From IMG/VR virus record IMGVR_UViG_3300003690_003155, positions 1-64,000 of that record: a DNA stretch of 64,000 bases; one strand, given 5' to 3'. Both the position numbers and the translations under genes were made by a program. The notes beneath the pieces were generated by a model, which saw only the letters and a list, made by a program, of their open reading frames with translations, was not told where the DNA came from and made no database searches. The stretch's first letter is position 1. Each line of letters begins with the position of its first letter. Below, in pieces: positions 18,501 through 29,132 of this stretch. This DNA is from a virus.

Positions 18501-18920
18501 TGTATTATTACTAGTAATTGCCGATAGACTACTAACAGTAAATGTAAAGAAAAATTGACTACTTAAATTACTAAAATCTGTTGAAGCTACAAATGTAGAT
18601 GTTATCGAATCTACATCAGAGAAATCAGTTTTAAGGTACCTACCTCCATGTTGTATAGTAGTAGAAAAGGACTTAATTGATGTATCAGTATGTGGTATAT
18701 TAAGCTCGGTTATAGTGGATAGCGGGTATAAATTAGTTAATGTATATTGTGTGTTAAAATTAGTTTGTTTATCTTTAGGGTCTTTATTAAAATAATATTG
18801 GTTAACTGTTAATCCGAAGTCAAAATTTTCTCTATATTTAGTAAATACTATTTTTGAGTCATGTATATGACTGTACTCTATTGGTGTAATAGATTTACTC
18901 TCTATAGGAATAATCCTCAT
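15528..18920 (-). CDS. large virion structural protein (baseplate/tail-associated, LamG-like segments)
   Basis: 1130 aa in the baseplate operon; FSVNFWL and LYVNGKL motifs. Confidence 0.55.
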   Translation of the reverse strand: MRIIPIESKSITPIEYSHIHDSKIVFTKYRENFDFGLTVNQYYFNKDPKDKQTNFNTQYTLTNLYPLSTITELNIPHTDTSIKSFSTTIQHGGRYLKTDFSDVDSITSTFVASTDFSNLSSQFFFTFTVSSLSAITSNNTDPGEHTISISQEYNSITYYLSAPNNQDTPARWTSAGPSYFRFYLDNDIIAIHQPAGTVTAGPSANILINDSNTLTMKAPGTWQNTVADLSDSFFDINRKILTKDFKYIPNSYSKYSSTYNTDSVSLNTSTTVDHISNNYFVYNNNYNFFQNKLDNKIVSHADIFPLKNQATLSEYYTENNHFNSEPSYLNRVYEKIHSGSHQIGGYDNIGLSYNIGTYDIEFKPSKLTYFTTPNSLSPYTILNIADSKIDNLGAVPGDNPLMSDKVFKRREVIKNNTFSDGINPIYLCSWLSGDSDGDKKWVDRYYNPLVSDFSSALSGTSYYEVVTAAGAQTTETFDVSSSLTFEPNNDYIFYHIGERDYEKLFEAYEPYNEASDMEYLNYKGVPVIPNKSKIDDELILNGENLGRFNANFSGDFSVNFWLDTNDYTLPFCYQIIGNYFDDGFGVFNTDLVTPNIILPTANSKSGVKSKLLFLNNDFEIYDEVILKDGLDEIGIKGIGRRDTFSDYFVLGDNNVIYVFNNNNNLIGKIENLKDTAPENSVIDDFEVGESKIHILFNPVTAKKYFTYNTDTNFSSTTTSSPSATTLGVKGKIFDRNNNITILSADNINGFGNEIAFDGNDVPFILKQFNPSNPGVNRNFIQKGLRTDQDERIQSGLDKKSRVQGIVIDDEDQLIVLGDNNIISILDNNRKFLRARQFCHLQNLNFEQSYIDLIYDFEDGVYKKYILLLQEYSDGVRLTKINFDLQIIHSKKLPGVDVADLRLTKTLTSYSYLKKIGASKNKIKVLLKTKPKFSSTGTFARKKTEISFDVTQLHPGYNHFFINVSLRKGFMCLYVNGKLFQLAYFNAGKYALDNVLGTGCYIGAVSTPYYLTLANRLLQPKKYFVRNAKIKAFKLYNKTMSYFDMLAHYNYHLNDKSIIWSYPIGQRTYIDTIDKLMKFNYPEKLSNKYQVEIKNVGIKDPKLKDKLKARIEKEIEKITPYYDEIKNVVIT

Positions 18921-18924
18921 CTCG

Positions 18925-19806
18925 TTAGCTTGTTATTTTTGTTCCTCTTAAGTATGAGTCTTTGTACAAGGAGGCTCGGTTGCCGCTCGACGCTTTAGTA
19001 ATAATAAAGTATATTGTATCTCCTGGGCTTATTAAATCCATATAATTGAAATCAATGACTTGATTCTTAGTATCATTAGAGGACTTGAAGTCTCGTGTGG
19101 TCTTCACGTTATCATCAACATCTAGTATATTCATTCGTACATGTACGATTGGGGACTTGGCGAACCGGAAGTGACCTTGGAACAGTATTGTACTAGCAGC
19201 ATATACGGCTGTGGTTGGATATGTAATTTCAAATCCTCTAATCCCGTTCAATTGAAAATTTGTTAAGTCTGGATTGATTGTCGACCAGTCTGCACCTGAC
19301 GGTAATACTGAATGATCAAATCCAAGGTACCTCGAGACACCTCCATCCGGGACGTTCTTATTATTTTTAACGTTAAAATTAACTGATTTAAGAACTGCTG
19401 ATCCAGTGTTGAGTAGAATTGCATCGGCATTAGCGGTCACTTGAGTGTCGAGGTCGCCAATCTCGTCCACCCTGGCACTCAGTGACGTAATATCATCATA
19501 GTTCCTCTTCGCCATATCAATTACATGCTTTAAGTCTCCGTAAGTAAGATTCCTTCCATCTGTGGTGCCCGCCGTTGGAATAGTGTATTCATCAACACTT
19601 TGAGTTAAAACATTACTACCATCTAACGCGGCACTAGGATCATTTAATCTATCTTCAAAAGTTATATTGTCTGTACTAATAACGAAATCTTTAAATGATA
19701 ATAGCTTTGTACCATTATTTGTCTCTATGAGTATCTTATCAGTATTCAATATTTCCGTACCAGCATCTAAATCTGATATATTAATGATTTCGTCTTCTAT
19801 TGCCAT
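18925..19806 (-). CDS. putative tail fibre/appendage protein
   Basis: INISDL...DKILIE N-terminus, coiled segment, beta-rich C-terminus. Confidence 0.45.
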   Translation of the reverse strand: MAIEDEIINISDLDAGTEILNTDKILIETNNGTKLLSFKDFVISTDNITFEDRLNDPSAALDGSNVLTQSVDEYTIPTAGTTDGRNLTYGDLKHVIDMAKRNYDDITSLSARVDEIGDLDTQVTANADAILLNTGSAVLKSVNFNVKNNKNVPDGGVSRYLGFDHSVLPSGADWSTINPDLTNFQLNGIRGFEITYPTTAVYAASTILFQGHFRFAKSPIVHVRMNILDVDDNVKTTRDFKSSNDTKNQVIDFNYMDLISPGDTIYFIITKASSGNRASLYKDSYLRGTKITS

Positions 19807-19823
19807 ATAATTATTTAGTTATT

Positions 19824-20966
19824 TTAGTAATTTACAAACGCTGTTATTGTATTCGTTCTTGTAGTTATTGTATCACAAGCATTCACATCAAACAAGTCTA
19901 CATAGAAATAACCAGAAGAGAGAGGTGTTGATTCAGAAGCACCAATACCGACGGCTCCTCCAGCTTGAAAATAGTATTGTATAGTGTAATCAGCTAAACT
20001 TGTTCTTGTTCCTTTAATATCTACTAAAGGAATATTGATTGTTTGTGTTTTTAATTGTATATCTTTTAGTAAGTCATTGCAGTTCCAATTTAAGAATCCA
20101 CTTAAATGGACAAACCCTGTATTAGCAGTTAGCGGAACATAAAATAAGGTACCAGCTTCAATTGTATTAGGATAAGCAATTTCCTTTAAAGTAGTATCGT
20201 TTGGATCTGCTGCTCTAGTTCTATATCTTAAAGTAATTTTACTATTATTTTTAGGTTGACCAGTAGCTGTATATATATCATCAAGTGATATTTGTATAGA
20301 GTCACCGGAATTTGAATTTTTTGCATCAACCTGTACATACTCTGTTGTGAATCCTATATTAAAGACATTTGTTCCAGTGTATCTAGGTATAGGCAAAGCC
20401 GGGTCATGACCTTCTCCACCTTGTAAATTTAGATTTATTAAACTTAATCCTAACACTTCAGGATTTTTATTAATAAAGGTCAATAATATTTTTTCATTAT
20501 CTTCTTCATTATTAAAATAATCTGTTTTAATTAGATTTATATTTTCATATACATCTATTGAAGGCTTAGACATTACAAATTTTACGTCAATAATATCTAT
20601 CTCAAGGTCATCTCTATATAGAGAAAAATAAGCATGTCTTTCTATTTCATCAGTAAATTCTGTTTGTAGTGTTTGATTAAATGTTTGTGCAGATAATGAT
20701 GGTATAATTGTAGTAGATAATGGTCTATTAATTATTAAATTTGGAGCAGAAAACCCATCACGTCCTTTAATACCTTCATCATAATCTACTACTATTTTAT
20801 TTATTTTTTGAGAGGTACTATCATCATATGCAGATAAACCAGAAAGAGCAAATGTTACATCTGTGGTACCCGTTAATGCCTGAGTTTGATAGAACGTAGC
20901 CCCTGCACCAGAATTATGTTGCAATGATCCATCACTCAAACTAACTGTATATGTAAATGTATTCAT
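19824..20966 (-). CDS. virion structural protein
   Basis: Thr/Ser-rich ORF in the tail operon. Confidence 0.5.
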   Translation of the reverse strand: MNTFTYTVSLSDGSLQHNSGAGATFYQTQALTGTTDVTFALSGLSAYDDSTSQKINKIVVDYDEGIKGRDGFSAPNLIINRPLSTTIIPSLSAQTFNQTLQTEFTDEIERHAYFSLYRDDLEIDIIDVKFVMSKPSIDVYENINLIKTDYFNNEEDNEKILLTFINKNPEVLGLSLINLNLQGGEGHDPALPIPRYTGTNVFNIGFTTEYVQVDAKNSNSGDSIQISLDDIYTATGQPKNNSKITLRYRTRAADPNDTTLKEIAYPNTIEAGTLFYVPLTANTGFVHLSGFLNWNCNDLLKDIQLKTQTINIPLVDIKGTRTSLADYTIQYYFQAGGAVGIGASESTPLSSGYFYVDLFDVNACDTITTRTNTITAFVNY

Positions 20967-23939
20967 TTAATCAAACCCGGCCCCCGGTAACGTAGTGTCA
21001 TCTTCAATTTGCCACATGTTGAAATCTGGCCAAACTATGTCAGTTATTCCAGCAGCTGCTCTTAAATTATCTCCCGCCGTTCCTGGCAATCCTCTAATTA
21101 TTTCTCGCGCGTTGGTTTCGGCGAGCGGATCAATCATGATGTTACCAGGGACCTCTGTAATAAACGATCCCGTTTCGGCTCCAGGCGATCCGCCAACTAT
21201 TCCTGTTACTGTTTCTCCTGCTACATCTTGTGCTTTTGTTTTGACTTCATCAAGTAAGCATCTCTTTGTTTTTGCGTCTGGCGCGCCATAGCTATCTGAT
21301 TTAATTGACTTAAATGCACCGAAACTAATTTCATCGTTATCTGGCCATAAATGACCACTTGAATAAGGTGTCATTTGACCATTAGTTGATGTGCGTAATT
21401 GCCAGTGACGAATTCCAGGATTATCAGCTATTAATTCTACACTAGCATCATTAAACGCCCGAGTTATTTTTAGTGTATTAGGAAAGATAGAAGTACTATA
21501 TGTACCACCATGGTCAGGGAGTACATAATCAACTAAATCAGTAAATCCTAATTCTCCTGTACCAGTCCACCAACTTAAAGCATGTACCCAAACGGTATGT
21601 TTACCTATTCTTAGCAACCACCACTCAGTAGTATAATTATGTGTGGTTGATGTTATAGATAATATTCCGTCAGATCCTCGTCCTCCTTGCAGAGGATCAA
21701 TTTCAGGATCACCAACAGGATTATTGAATTCATAAATTCTATCATCACCGTAAGAACCATCTTGCATTGATGTCGTACATGCCACATCCCATCCATACCT
21801 CAACGGTTCTTCAGCTTCTGGTTCCTCGAAAACATCCGGTGGGTCTTCAGTTGGTATCTCACCTCCACATGCAATAAATTTATTAAGAACATCACCGTGT
21901 CCTAGCGCGGCATCTGATATGGCTTTGTCTATTTCTTCAGGAGTTAAGTTTTGATATTGTACACATATATCCTCTTCAATTATTTCTGGATCAGAGGGTG
22001 CACAAAGTGTAATTTTATCTCTTATATTTTTTTCATATTTTATATTTGCTAATCTTTGCTTTGCAGGTATTGTTATATCAATATCTAATTTATCATCAGT
22101 CATTATTCCCTCAGAACTAGCTTTCATTTTTACTAATCTCTCTCTAATGTTTTGCGATGCGAGTTGCAGATAATTAGTCATATCTACGGTATTAATTTCA
22201 TCAACAATTGGCTCTGTTGCATCACAAGGCTTGTTTATCTTAACACCTGTGACTTCAAATTTCTGAATTTCAAAAAAACTACAATAATTACTAGTTGTAA
22301 AAGTTAACCCTACATTAAGTGGAGCTAATTTACCTTCTTCACCCCAGGTAGTTTTTCCAGTATTGTTATCATAGGTATATTCACCAATATTTGACCATGG
22401 TTGATATGCTGCTCCAGTAGTGGAATTTGTTACGTTAGGAAGCTTAAATTCTGCAATAACATTATAGGCGTCAACACTAGAAAGTTTATTATAAATTGTA
22501 ACTTTTCGTCCTCTGTTAGATAAATCTATTCTATAATCAACAAAAGGAACATCTGAACCATCAGCTAGTGTAGTAGTTGTATGCATAGGTACCGCGCTCG
22601 CTGCTTGCATAGTATTCATAGGTATACAAGTTAATACTTGAGTATTGTGATATACACTACCTCGTATACCTACAGAACATGGAGTTTGTGTAAATGTACC
22701 TGCCCCGGCATTACCAAGGTGGCCTTCACCACCATCTTCAGCATACCAACCCGGTTTTTGTTCATCTTTCATACAAAAGTTACCTCTTACATCAAAACCA
22801 ACACCTAGAAAACTATTTGCGACTCTTCCTTTAGTCTCATCATTCCATTTAGTAATCGTACCGTCATCATTAACAATTTCGCCTCGTCCTTGTATAAATA
22901 ATCCTTCCGTTGCTTGAGATGTTCCAGCTACCTCAGTAGCAATAAATTCAGAAGGTGCATACCCTAATGTACTACCTATACCATTAGGGACAACTGTACC
23001 AGAGTCGGGACATACATTTTCATAAAAATAAGCACAAAATCCTTCCCCCGGTCCGTCAGGTAGATATTGTTGAAGCCACCTCGAGGCTGTTACTACAGGT
23101 GTTCCTGTACTTAGATCTGTTCCTACAACTGTAGAGCTGCCATACGCTGTCATTGATGGTACATTGAACGACCGGGCTCTAAAATCTACTCTAATAGTAT
23201 GTTCAGGATCAAATGCTGTATATTTAGGATTATAGGTTATATAACCACCGTGATGCATAAGCGGGAACGCAGCATTACCAGTTAGCGGTTCAATTGATCT
23301 ATCTAATTGATCTGACAATAAATTAAATCCTAAACTACTCATGCTTTCTACATGAGTCGGTTTTATAAGATATTCTGGTGATCTTTCTGTTTCCCCATAA
23401 AAAGATTCTTTATTATTTCTTACTGTATTACCGCCTAGAATTAAGTCAGAGTTTAAATAACCATCAATAAATGTATATGGATTAACAGTAAATTTATTTG
23501 TGGGTATGTAAACGTCAGCATTTAATAAGAAAAAATTAGTATTTATATCTTGAAAAATAAAATTAGATATTGCAAACCCTTCTGCGTCAGTAGCATATTT
23601 ACCTATAAACGTTACTGAATATCTATTGTTAGTCTTATTATAATTAATAAGTGGTTTTGTTATTGTTGAATAATTTGTACCTTCGGAGCACGTCGGTGTA
23701 AGAGCCCATATATCAGAATTTACATCTGTTGCTATTGTATCGATATTTCTTGGGTATATAGTAGATTTATAATTTGTGTCTTTATCTATTTTATATATAA
23801 TAGGTAATGCACCATATACTGTTTCTATCGAACTGCCGTTTTGACATCTATCAGCGGTAATAGAGCTAACAGTACAAACAAACATTTGACTTGTTTCTTC
23901 ATTGTAAAAAATATCTGATTGTTTTGTATCAAAGGGCAT
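20967..23939 (-). CDS. virion protein with L-type (legume) lectin-like domain
   Basis: GEGFCAYFY...GIGSTLGY...LGVGFDVRGNF...VGLTFTT pattern. Confidence 0.55.
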   Translation of the reverse strand: MPFDTKQSDIFYNEETSQMFVCTVSSITADRCQNGSSIETVYGALPIIYKIDKDTNYKSTIYPRNIDTIATDVNSDIWALTPTCSEGTNYSTITKPLINYNKTNNRYSVTFIGKYATDAEGFAISNFIFQDINTNFFLLNADVYIPTNKFTVNPYTFIDGYLNSDLILGGNTVRNNKESFYGETERSPEYLIKPTHVESMSSLGFNLLSDQLDRSIEPLTGNAAFPLMHHGGYITYNPKYTAFDPEHTIRVDFRARSFNVPSMTAYGSSTVVGTDLSTGTPVVTASRWLQQYLPDGPGEGFCAYFYENVCPDSGTVVPNGIGSTLGYAPSEFIATEVAGTSQATEGLFIQGRGEIVNDDGTITKWNDETKGRVANSFLGVGFDVRGNFCMKDEQKPGWYAEDGGEGHLGNAGAGTFTQTPCSVGIRGSVYHNTQVLTCIPMNTMQAASAVPMHTTTTLADGSDVPFVDYRIDLSNRGRKVTIYNKLSSVDAYNVIAEFKLPNVTNSTTGAAYQPWSNIGEYTYDNNTGKTTWGEEGKLAPLNVGLTFTTSNYCSFFEIQKFEVTGVKINKPCDATEPIVDEINTVDMTNYLQLASQNIRERLVKMKASSEGIMTDDKLDIDITIPAKQRLANIKYEKNIRDKITLCAPSDPEIIEEDICVQYQNLTPEEIDKAISDAALGHGDVLNKFIACGGEIPTEDPPDVFEEPEAEEPLRYGWDVACTTSMQDGSYGDDRIYEFNNPVGDPEIDPLQGGRGSDGILSITSTTHNYTTEWWLLRIGKHTVWVHALSWWTGTGELGFTDLVDYVLPDHGGTYSTSIFPNTLKITRAFNDASVELIADNPGIRHWQLRTSTNGQMTPYSSGHLWPDNDEISFGAFKSIKSDSYGAPDAKTKRCLLDEVKTKAQDVAGETVTGIVGGSPGAETGSFITEVPGNIMIDPLAETNAREIIRGLPGTAGDNLRAAAGITDIVWPDFNMWQIEDDTTLPGAGFD

Positions 23940-23949
23940 ATAAAAATAT

Positions 23950-26283
23950 TTACTGGGTTACTATGGCTTTCGAACTGGCTCCTACTTTAAACACTCCATC
24001 TTCAAATTTATATAATTCAGTTACTGTTTCCGCAGATGTTTGTATACATATAGTATTTTCAACTATATCAAAATTTAAAATATTACTGCTTGTTAAAATA
24101 TTAGTTTTAGTTGTGGAGCTGTGTTTATTAAAAATACTACTAAATGCTGTCGATAGCGGCTCAACCATTTGAGTATATACGTTTCTAACATAAATTTCAC
24201 CAGCGTCAATATATTGTTGATCAAATAAATGGACCGCGCTCGTGGTAGGGTTATTTGTCGTAGATAATTCATATGTAGTTGTTGAACTAGTATAAATGGC
24301 GGCTGTACTAATTGAATAATATGGCACCGTTGTATCAGTAAAAAAGGTTGCTATTAGATCGGTAGAGGTTCCTGGATGACCTTCGAAGCTACCACAATCT
24401 ATAGCTGATACCGCAGATACAGAACCACATGATAATGCGTCAGTAAGAACAGTTGCACACGAATAATCAGTTAACGGAGCCGCGAACCCCTCTGCACTAC
24501 CACTAGAACAAATAGTTGTATCACTTACAATAACAGTATCAAATACACTTGTATGTCCAGTGACGCCTATATCAGAGGTAGCTACAGCCATGTTATCTAT
24601 ACTATCATAGAGAGTACCGTTTGTTTCATAGAAAGCAGCACTAATTGTAGATAGTAAGGTATTGAAAAATAAACCATCATAATATTCTGCTACTGTCGTA
24701 CAGGTAGATGTGGCAACTTCCGCGGCTGGGATATATGACGTTCCTGCATATCGTTTAGGGTATACAGATTTAATAAAATAAAATTCGTTACCATAAATAT
24801 CACTTTTTAACTTTATTCCGGTTTTATTTGTAATTAATAAATCCTCGAGCCTTGCAGATTCAGGATAAATGTTTAATACACTTATTGGATATGTGTCTGT
24901 ATTTTTCCATGTTATTTGATCTGATGTATTATCCCAAAAACTGATTGAATCTTCTCTTTTATTAATACCCGTATATGAATAATCTAGACTATTTTCTTTG
25001 CTTTGATATCCATAATTACGTAATAATTTATTATTATAAAAACTAACTGAATCACTTAGTTCAGTATTTTTATATGGAGCATTTTTTGATTTAAATAGTA
25101 AGGGTGTTACTTGCTTGGCTTTTACGTTTCGTAAAATTTCACCAGTTCTACTATTTCTGATATGACCTACGTTTTTAACTCCTGGTTCATACTTAGATGG
25201 ATCTGGAATAATATATTCTCTTCCTTTAAAGGCTGATAAGTTAATTGTAAATGAAAGGTTAGCTGAATGAAAATTAGTAACCCCTGTATTATTAAATGAT
25301 AATTGTCTTGGATAAATTTGCTTGTTTTTTAGTTCAGTAAGATCTAAGGATAAATTAGGGTTATATCTTTGAGATAAATTATTTGTTGTATTTACATGAT
25401 CAAATAATTTATATACAGTTGCATAATTTTTATTTCCGATTGCGTGATATAAATCATTAGCTAGATATTTTTTTATTATTTCCTTTTCATAAATAAATTT
25501 TAAATTATTTAAAGTCTTATTTTCTCCTCTAAAATATCTATCAGGCAATCTTTCAAAATTAACAAAGTTTTGATTAATACCTAAAATACTATCAGGAGAA
25601 GATATACTATTAGTTTTTAATTTTAATTTTTTACCATCTTTATTTATGGATACCACTTGTAATATATTTGGTACTTGCTTTAATACCATTCTCTCCATAT
25701 CTAAAATTAAATCTTTATCTGTATTATGTATTTTTTGAACAAAATGATCAGAAGCATATGAATTTAAATTTATTTGTATATTATTAGATATTTTTTGTAC
25801 ATTAATACTTGTTAACTCTGTATCAGTATTTTCTTTAATAAATTCATTATTGCTGAGTAAACGTATAATAAAGTTTTTAAGGTATTTTTGTATGCCTAAT
25901 TTAGATGATTTTAATTTATTTTTAGTTGGTGAAAATTTTACTTCTTCTCTTAAATTACTAACATCTTTTAATTGAGTTTTTATTAATTGTACAAAATAAA
26001 CTACTGCTAGTTCTAATTCGTAAATATCATCAACATCAATTTTTGATAAAAATCTCGAAACATCACTATGTAAGCTACTTAAATTTATATTTTTTAAAAA
26101 TTGAGTATAAATACCTTTTACATAATCTGTGTTAGTAGTAGTGTTAACTACTTTCTGATCTTTCCATTCTATAAGATATTTGTTATATGATAATGATAGT
26201 TCTGAGGCTTCGCGAATATCTGCATAATAGGTTTTCCATTGCAAAAACGATAATGGGTTAGTTGTATTTAAATCTACCGTCAT
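23950..26283 (-). CDS. virion structural protein
   Basis: 777-aa ORF in the baseplate operon. Confidence 0.5.
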   Translation of the reverse strand: MTVDLNTTNPLSFLQWKTYYADIREASELSLSYNKYLIEWKDQKVVNTTTNTDYVKGIYTQFLKNINLSSLHSDVSRFLSKIDVDDIYELELAVVYFVQLIKTQLKDVSNLREEVKFSPTKNKLKSSKLGIQKYLKNFIIRLLSNNEFIKENTDTELTSINVQKISNNIQINLNSYASDHFVQKIHNTDKDLILDMERMVLKQVPNILQVVSINKDGKKLKLKTNSISSPDSILGINQNFVNFERLPDRYFRGENKTLNNLKFIYEKEIIKKYLANDLYHAIGNKNYATVYKLFDHVNTTNNLSQRYNPNLSLDLTELKNKQIYPRQLSFNNTGVTNFHSANLSFTINLSAFKGREYIIPDPSKYEPGVKNVGHIRNSRTGEILRNVKAKQVTPLLFKSKNAPYKNTELSDSVSFYNNKLLRNYGYQSKENSLDYSYTGINKREDSISFWDNTSDQITWKNTDTYPISVLNIYPESARLEDLLITNKTGIKLKSDIYGNEFYFIKSVYPKRYAGTSYIPAAEVATSTCTTVAEYYDGLFFNTLLSTISAAFYETNGTLYDSIDNMAVATSDIGVTGHTSVFDTVIVSDTTICSSGSAEGFAAPLTDYSCATVLTDALSCGSVSAVSAIDCGSFEGHPGTSTDLIATFFTDTTVPYYSISTAAIYTSSTTTYELSTTNNPTTSAVHLFDQQYIDAGEIYVRNVYTQMVEPLSTAFSSIFNKHSSTTKTNILTSSNILNFDIVENTICIQTSAETVTELYKFEDGVFKVGASSKAIVTQ

Positions 26284-29132
26284 AAGCTAAGTCCTTTCCT
26301 AAGTTGATAATCTAGATTATTAAAAATTATACCACCATCATTTTCCCAGCTTGCACTAAGAGAAGATGTTGATCTTGAGATTGTTGTATAAGGATTATTA
26401 TAATCTATGATACTGTTTTCAATATTTTCAGCCGATAAGGTTGTATCATATGCTGTATATGGATAAAATTCATACAATAAATCTAAACCACTAGCACCAG
26501 ATACTGTTGTATCTAATTCCCAGCCCCAGTTACTATATACATTATACGTAGACAGTGGATATGTAGCTGACACACCAGCTGTTGAACCATCTACACTTTT
26601 TGCAGGTACTTGTTGAGGTTTAATTAAAATATATTCACTATTAAATTTTTGTAATGCTACAAATTTTGTATCTGCTGTCACTTCATAAGTTAATGAAGTG
26701 ATGGGAGATGTAAAATCTATATTTCTACCAGCAGCAGAGCTTGTATAATATTGTGTGTCGAAATTATCATTAACTCTATGGTAGTCACCTAAAAGTTTAG
26801 AAATTTTAATACTAAATAAGTTATATAATCTTTTTAATTCAGGCGGTGGATTAGGTGATACAAAATCAATATCTTCATTAAAAAAGTCATAGAATGCTTG
26901 TATATTTTCTATTTTACAAAAATCAATATCAGTATTATTTGAAACAAAATTAGCTGTTTTCTCAAATATAGTTTTACCGAATACAGTAGGGCTTGAACTT
27001 GCTTGACCTACAAACGATGTAAAAACACCATCAAATAAATTATCATATTCATGTAAGAAGGATTGAAATCTATAACTTTTTAATACTTGAGAATAATCTA
27101 TATCTTCGTTTATTTTATATATTTCAACGTCATTAGTCGACGGGCTTATTGTAAAGGTATATGAACCTGTTATTATATTAGTGCCTTTTACTCCCAGAGA
27201 CACAGAACCATATGGTCCTGTAGAATCATAATCTATAGTTTGTCCATATGCAGAAAGTGAAGATAGAGAGGAAAAATTGTTTTGACGGCCAGTTACATTT
27301 AATGTCCATGTACCAGAGTCAACTGGATCAATATTAAGATATAAAAAGCTACTTAATTCTGTTTTTTCTGTTGTTAGATTATACGGTAAACTGGTAGTAC
27401 TTAAACTACTTATATTACTTGTTGATGTTGTAGCCCCACTAACCCACTCAACAAAAAATTGATTACAATCAATTGAAACATCACTTACTATACCGTCAAA
27501 ATCCTCAGTGGCTTGTATGTACAATCTTTGAGGTTGAGTATTATCTGCATCAACAAGTATAATGTGAGTCTTATTTTCTGTTAATCCATCTTGACTGTAT
27601 GGTGGTGATGGGTCAGTAGTACCTAAAAATAACCTTACCCACCCTGTGGAGCGACTAGATATGGTTAAAGAAACTTCATATTCTTTTCCTAGAACTGTAT
27701 TTACATCTTGATATAAATTGTTAACACCACCGGTGTGTGCAAAGTGAGCAGCTCCAATACCGGCTGATAAATGCCATCCTGTAAGCGGAGTTCCATCTGC
27801 AGAGATTGTAGCGGTCCAGGCGCTTAATGTGCTAGTGTGATCATCAGCAAAATTTCCATTAGAGAGAGATATGAAATTACTAGTAGGTTCATGGAAAAAT
27901 TGTGAAAAATATTTACCTATGTTTAATTCTTCATCTGCTAAGCCGATAAATAATTGAAATTTATCACCTTGTCTTTTATATTGTATAGCAGACATTTCCT
28001 TCATTCCGGTAGATGTAAAAGATAATCTTGTCGGCGCCGACGGTATTATTTTTATTGGGATTCCGGCAATAGCATTAACGTTATCAGTGCTTACTCCTGC
28101 AAAGTTTGTTTCTAAGTGATTTCTTTCGCTTAAGTTTATATCTGTAACTAAATTATCTATATAAAAGTTTTTTAATTTATGTGTACTTGTATCTAATCTA
28201 ATTAATAAATTTACACGATCACTTCCAATATAATTAATTATATCATCATAATAATAAAACTTTTCTCCAGTGTCACTAGCAGTATGTATTCTAGCCCTAT
28301 AGGTTGCTAGATCTAAACCATAAGAATCATTGAGTGATCGCCTCGTACTTGAATAAAGTAAGAATTTATCCGCCTTCGGTTGATCTTCGGATGTTATAGG
28401 AGAAACTTGACTATTAGTATCTATAAAAAAATATTGTGGATTTAATTGATATTGTACTCCGTCAATACTATTTATAAGATTTATATTTTTATCATAAAAT
28501 GCGCTATATGGTATTAAATGAGCATATTTATTATTAATATCATATGGTTTTGCCTTACTACCACTAGCCGTGAAATATACTGTATGAGGTTCGTCTGGGT
28601 CGGGAACATCTTGCCAGCTTGCTGTGAGACCAACACCTAAAGATCTATCCCCTTGTACTGGTTTTTTACCGGCGGTAATAGATATTGGATTATCTGTATC
28701 TACATCTTTTACGCTTATGCTTATTCTAGTACTTGCATAATTATATACACTTAATTGTTCTGTTAATGTATTAATATGAGAATTACCGTCTTTATCATAA
28801 AAGAAAACTGTTACAGTATATACACCCGGTACATTATATGTATGTGTTGATGAAAATACATTATCACCACTTAATGTATGTCCATCTCCAAAATCCCATA
28901 CAGCTGTTGAGATTGATAGATCTATCAAGGAGTCTTGTATAGACAGTCCAGTGGTGCCAACGGGACCGAGTAGAGGGTTAAAAGTAAATTTTGATATACG
29001 AGTAAATCCACTATGTGAACTTGCTAAAGAATGTCCAGCTATTGGAGTGGGAGCGTCCGCAGATGTATTAACAGTAATCGATATAGGTACTGGTAAAGAG
29101 AGAGGACAATTAGAATCATTTGGATCACTCAT
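26280..29132 (-). CDS. PKD-domain baseplate wedge protein (gp7-like position)
   Basis: WDFGDG...HTYNVPGVYTV PKD motif; adjacent to gp6. Confidence 0.6.
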   Translation of the reverse strand: MSDPNDSNCPLSLPVPISITVNTSADAPTPIAGHSLASSHSGFTRISKFTFNPLLGPVGTTGLSIQDSLIDLSISTAVWDFGDGHTLSGDNVFSSTHTYNVPGVYTVTVFFYDKDGNSHINTLTEQLSVYNYASTRISISVKDVDTDNPISITAGKKPVQGDRSLGVGLTASWQDVPDPDEPHTVYFTASGSKAKPYDINNKYAHLIPYSAFYDKNINLINSIDGVQYQLNPQYFFIDTNSQVSPITSEDQPKADKFLLYSSTRRSLNDSYGLDLATYRARIHTASDTGEKFYYYDDIINYIGSDRVNLLIRLDTSTHKLKNFYIDNLVTDINLSERNHLETNFAGVSTDNVNAIAGIPIKIIPSAPTRLSFTSTGMKEMSAIQYKRQGDKFQLFIGLADEELNIGKYFSQFFHEPTSNFISLSNGNFADDHTSTLSAWTATISADGTPLTGWHLSAGIGAAHFAHTGGVNNLYQDVNTVLGKEYEVSLTISSRSTGWVRLFLGTTDPSPPYSQDGLTENKTHIILVDADNTQPQRLYIQATEDFDGIVSDVSIDCNQFFVEWVSGATTSTSNISSLSTTSLPYNLTTEKTELSSFLYLNIDPVDSGTWTLNVTGRQNNFSSLSSLSAYGQTIDYDSTGPYGSVSLGVKGTNIITGSYTFTISPSTNDVEIYKINEDIDYSQVLKSYRFQSFLHEYDNLFDGVFTSFVGQASSSPTVFGKTIFEKTANFVSNNTDIDFCKIENIQAFYDFFNEDIDFVSPNPPPELKRLYNLFSIKISKLLGDYHRVNDNFDTQYYTSSAAGRNIDFTSPITSLTYEVTADTKFVALQKFNSEYILIKPQQVPAKSVDGSTAGVSATYPLSTYNVYSNWGWELDTTVSGASGLDLLYEFYPYTAYDTTLSAENIENSIIDYNNPYTTISRSTSSLSASWENDGGIIFNNLDYQLRKGLSL

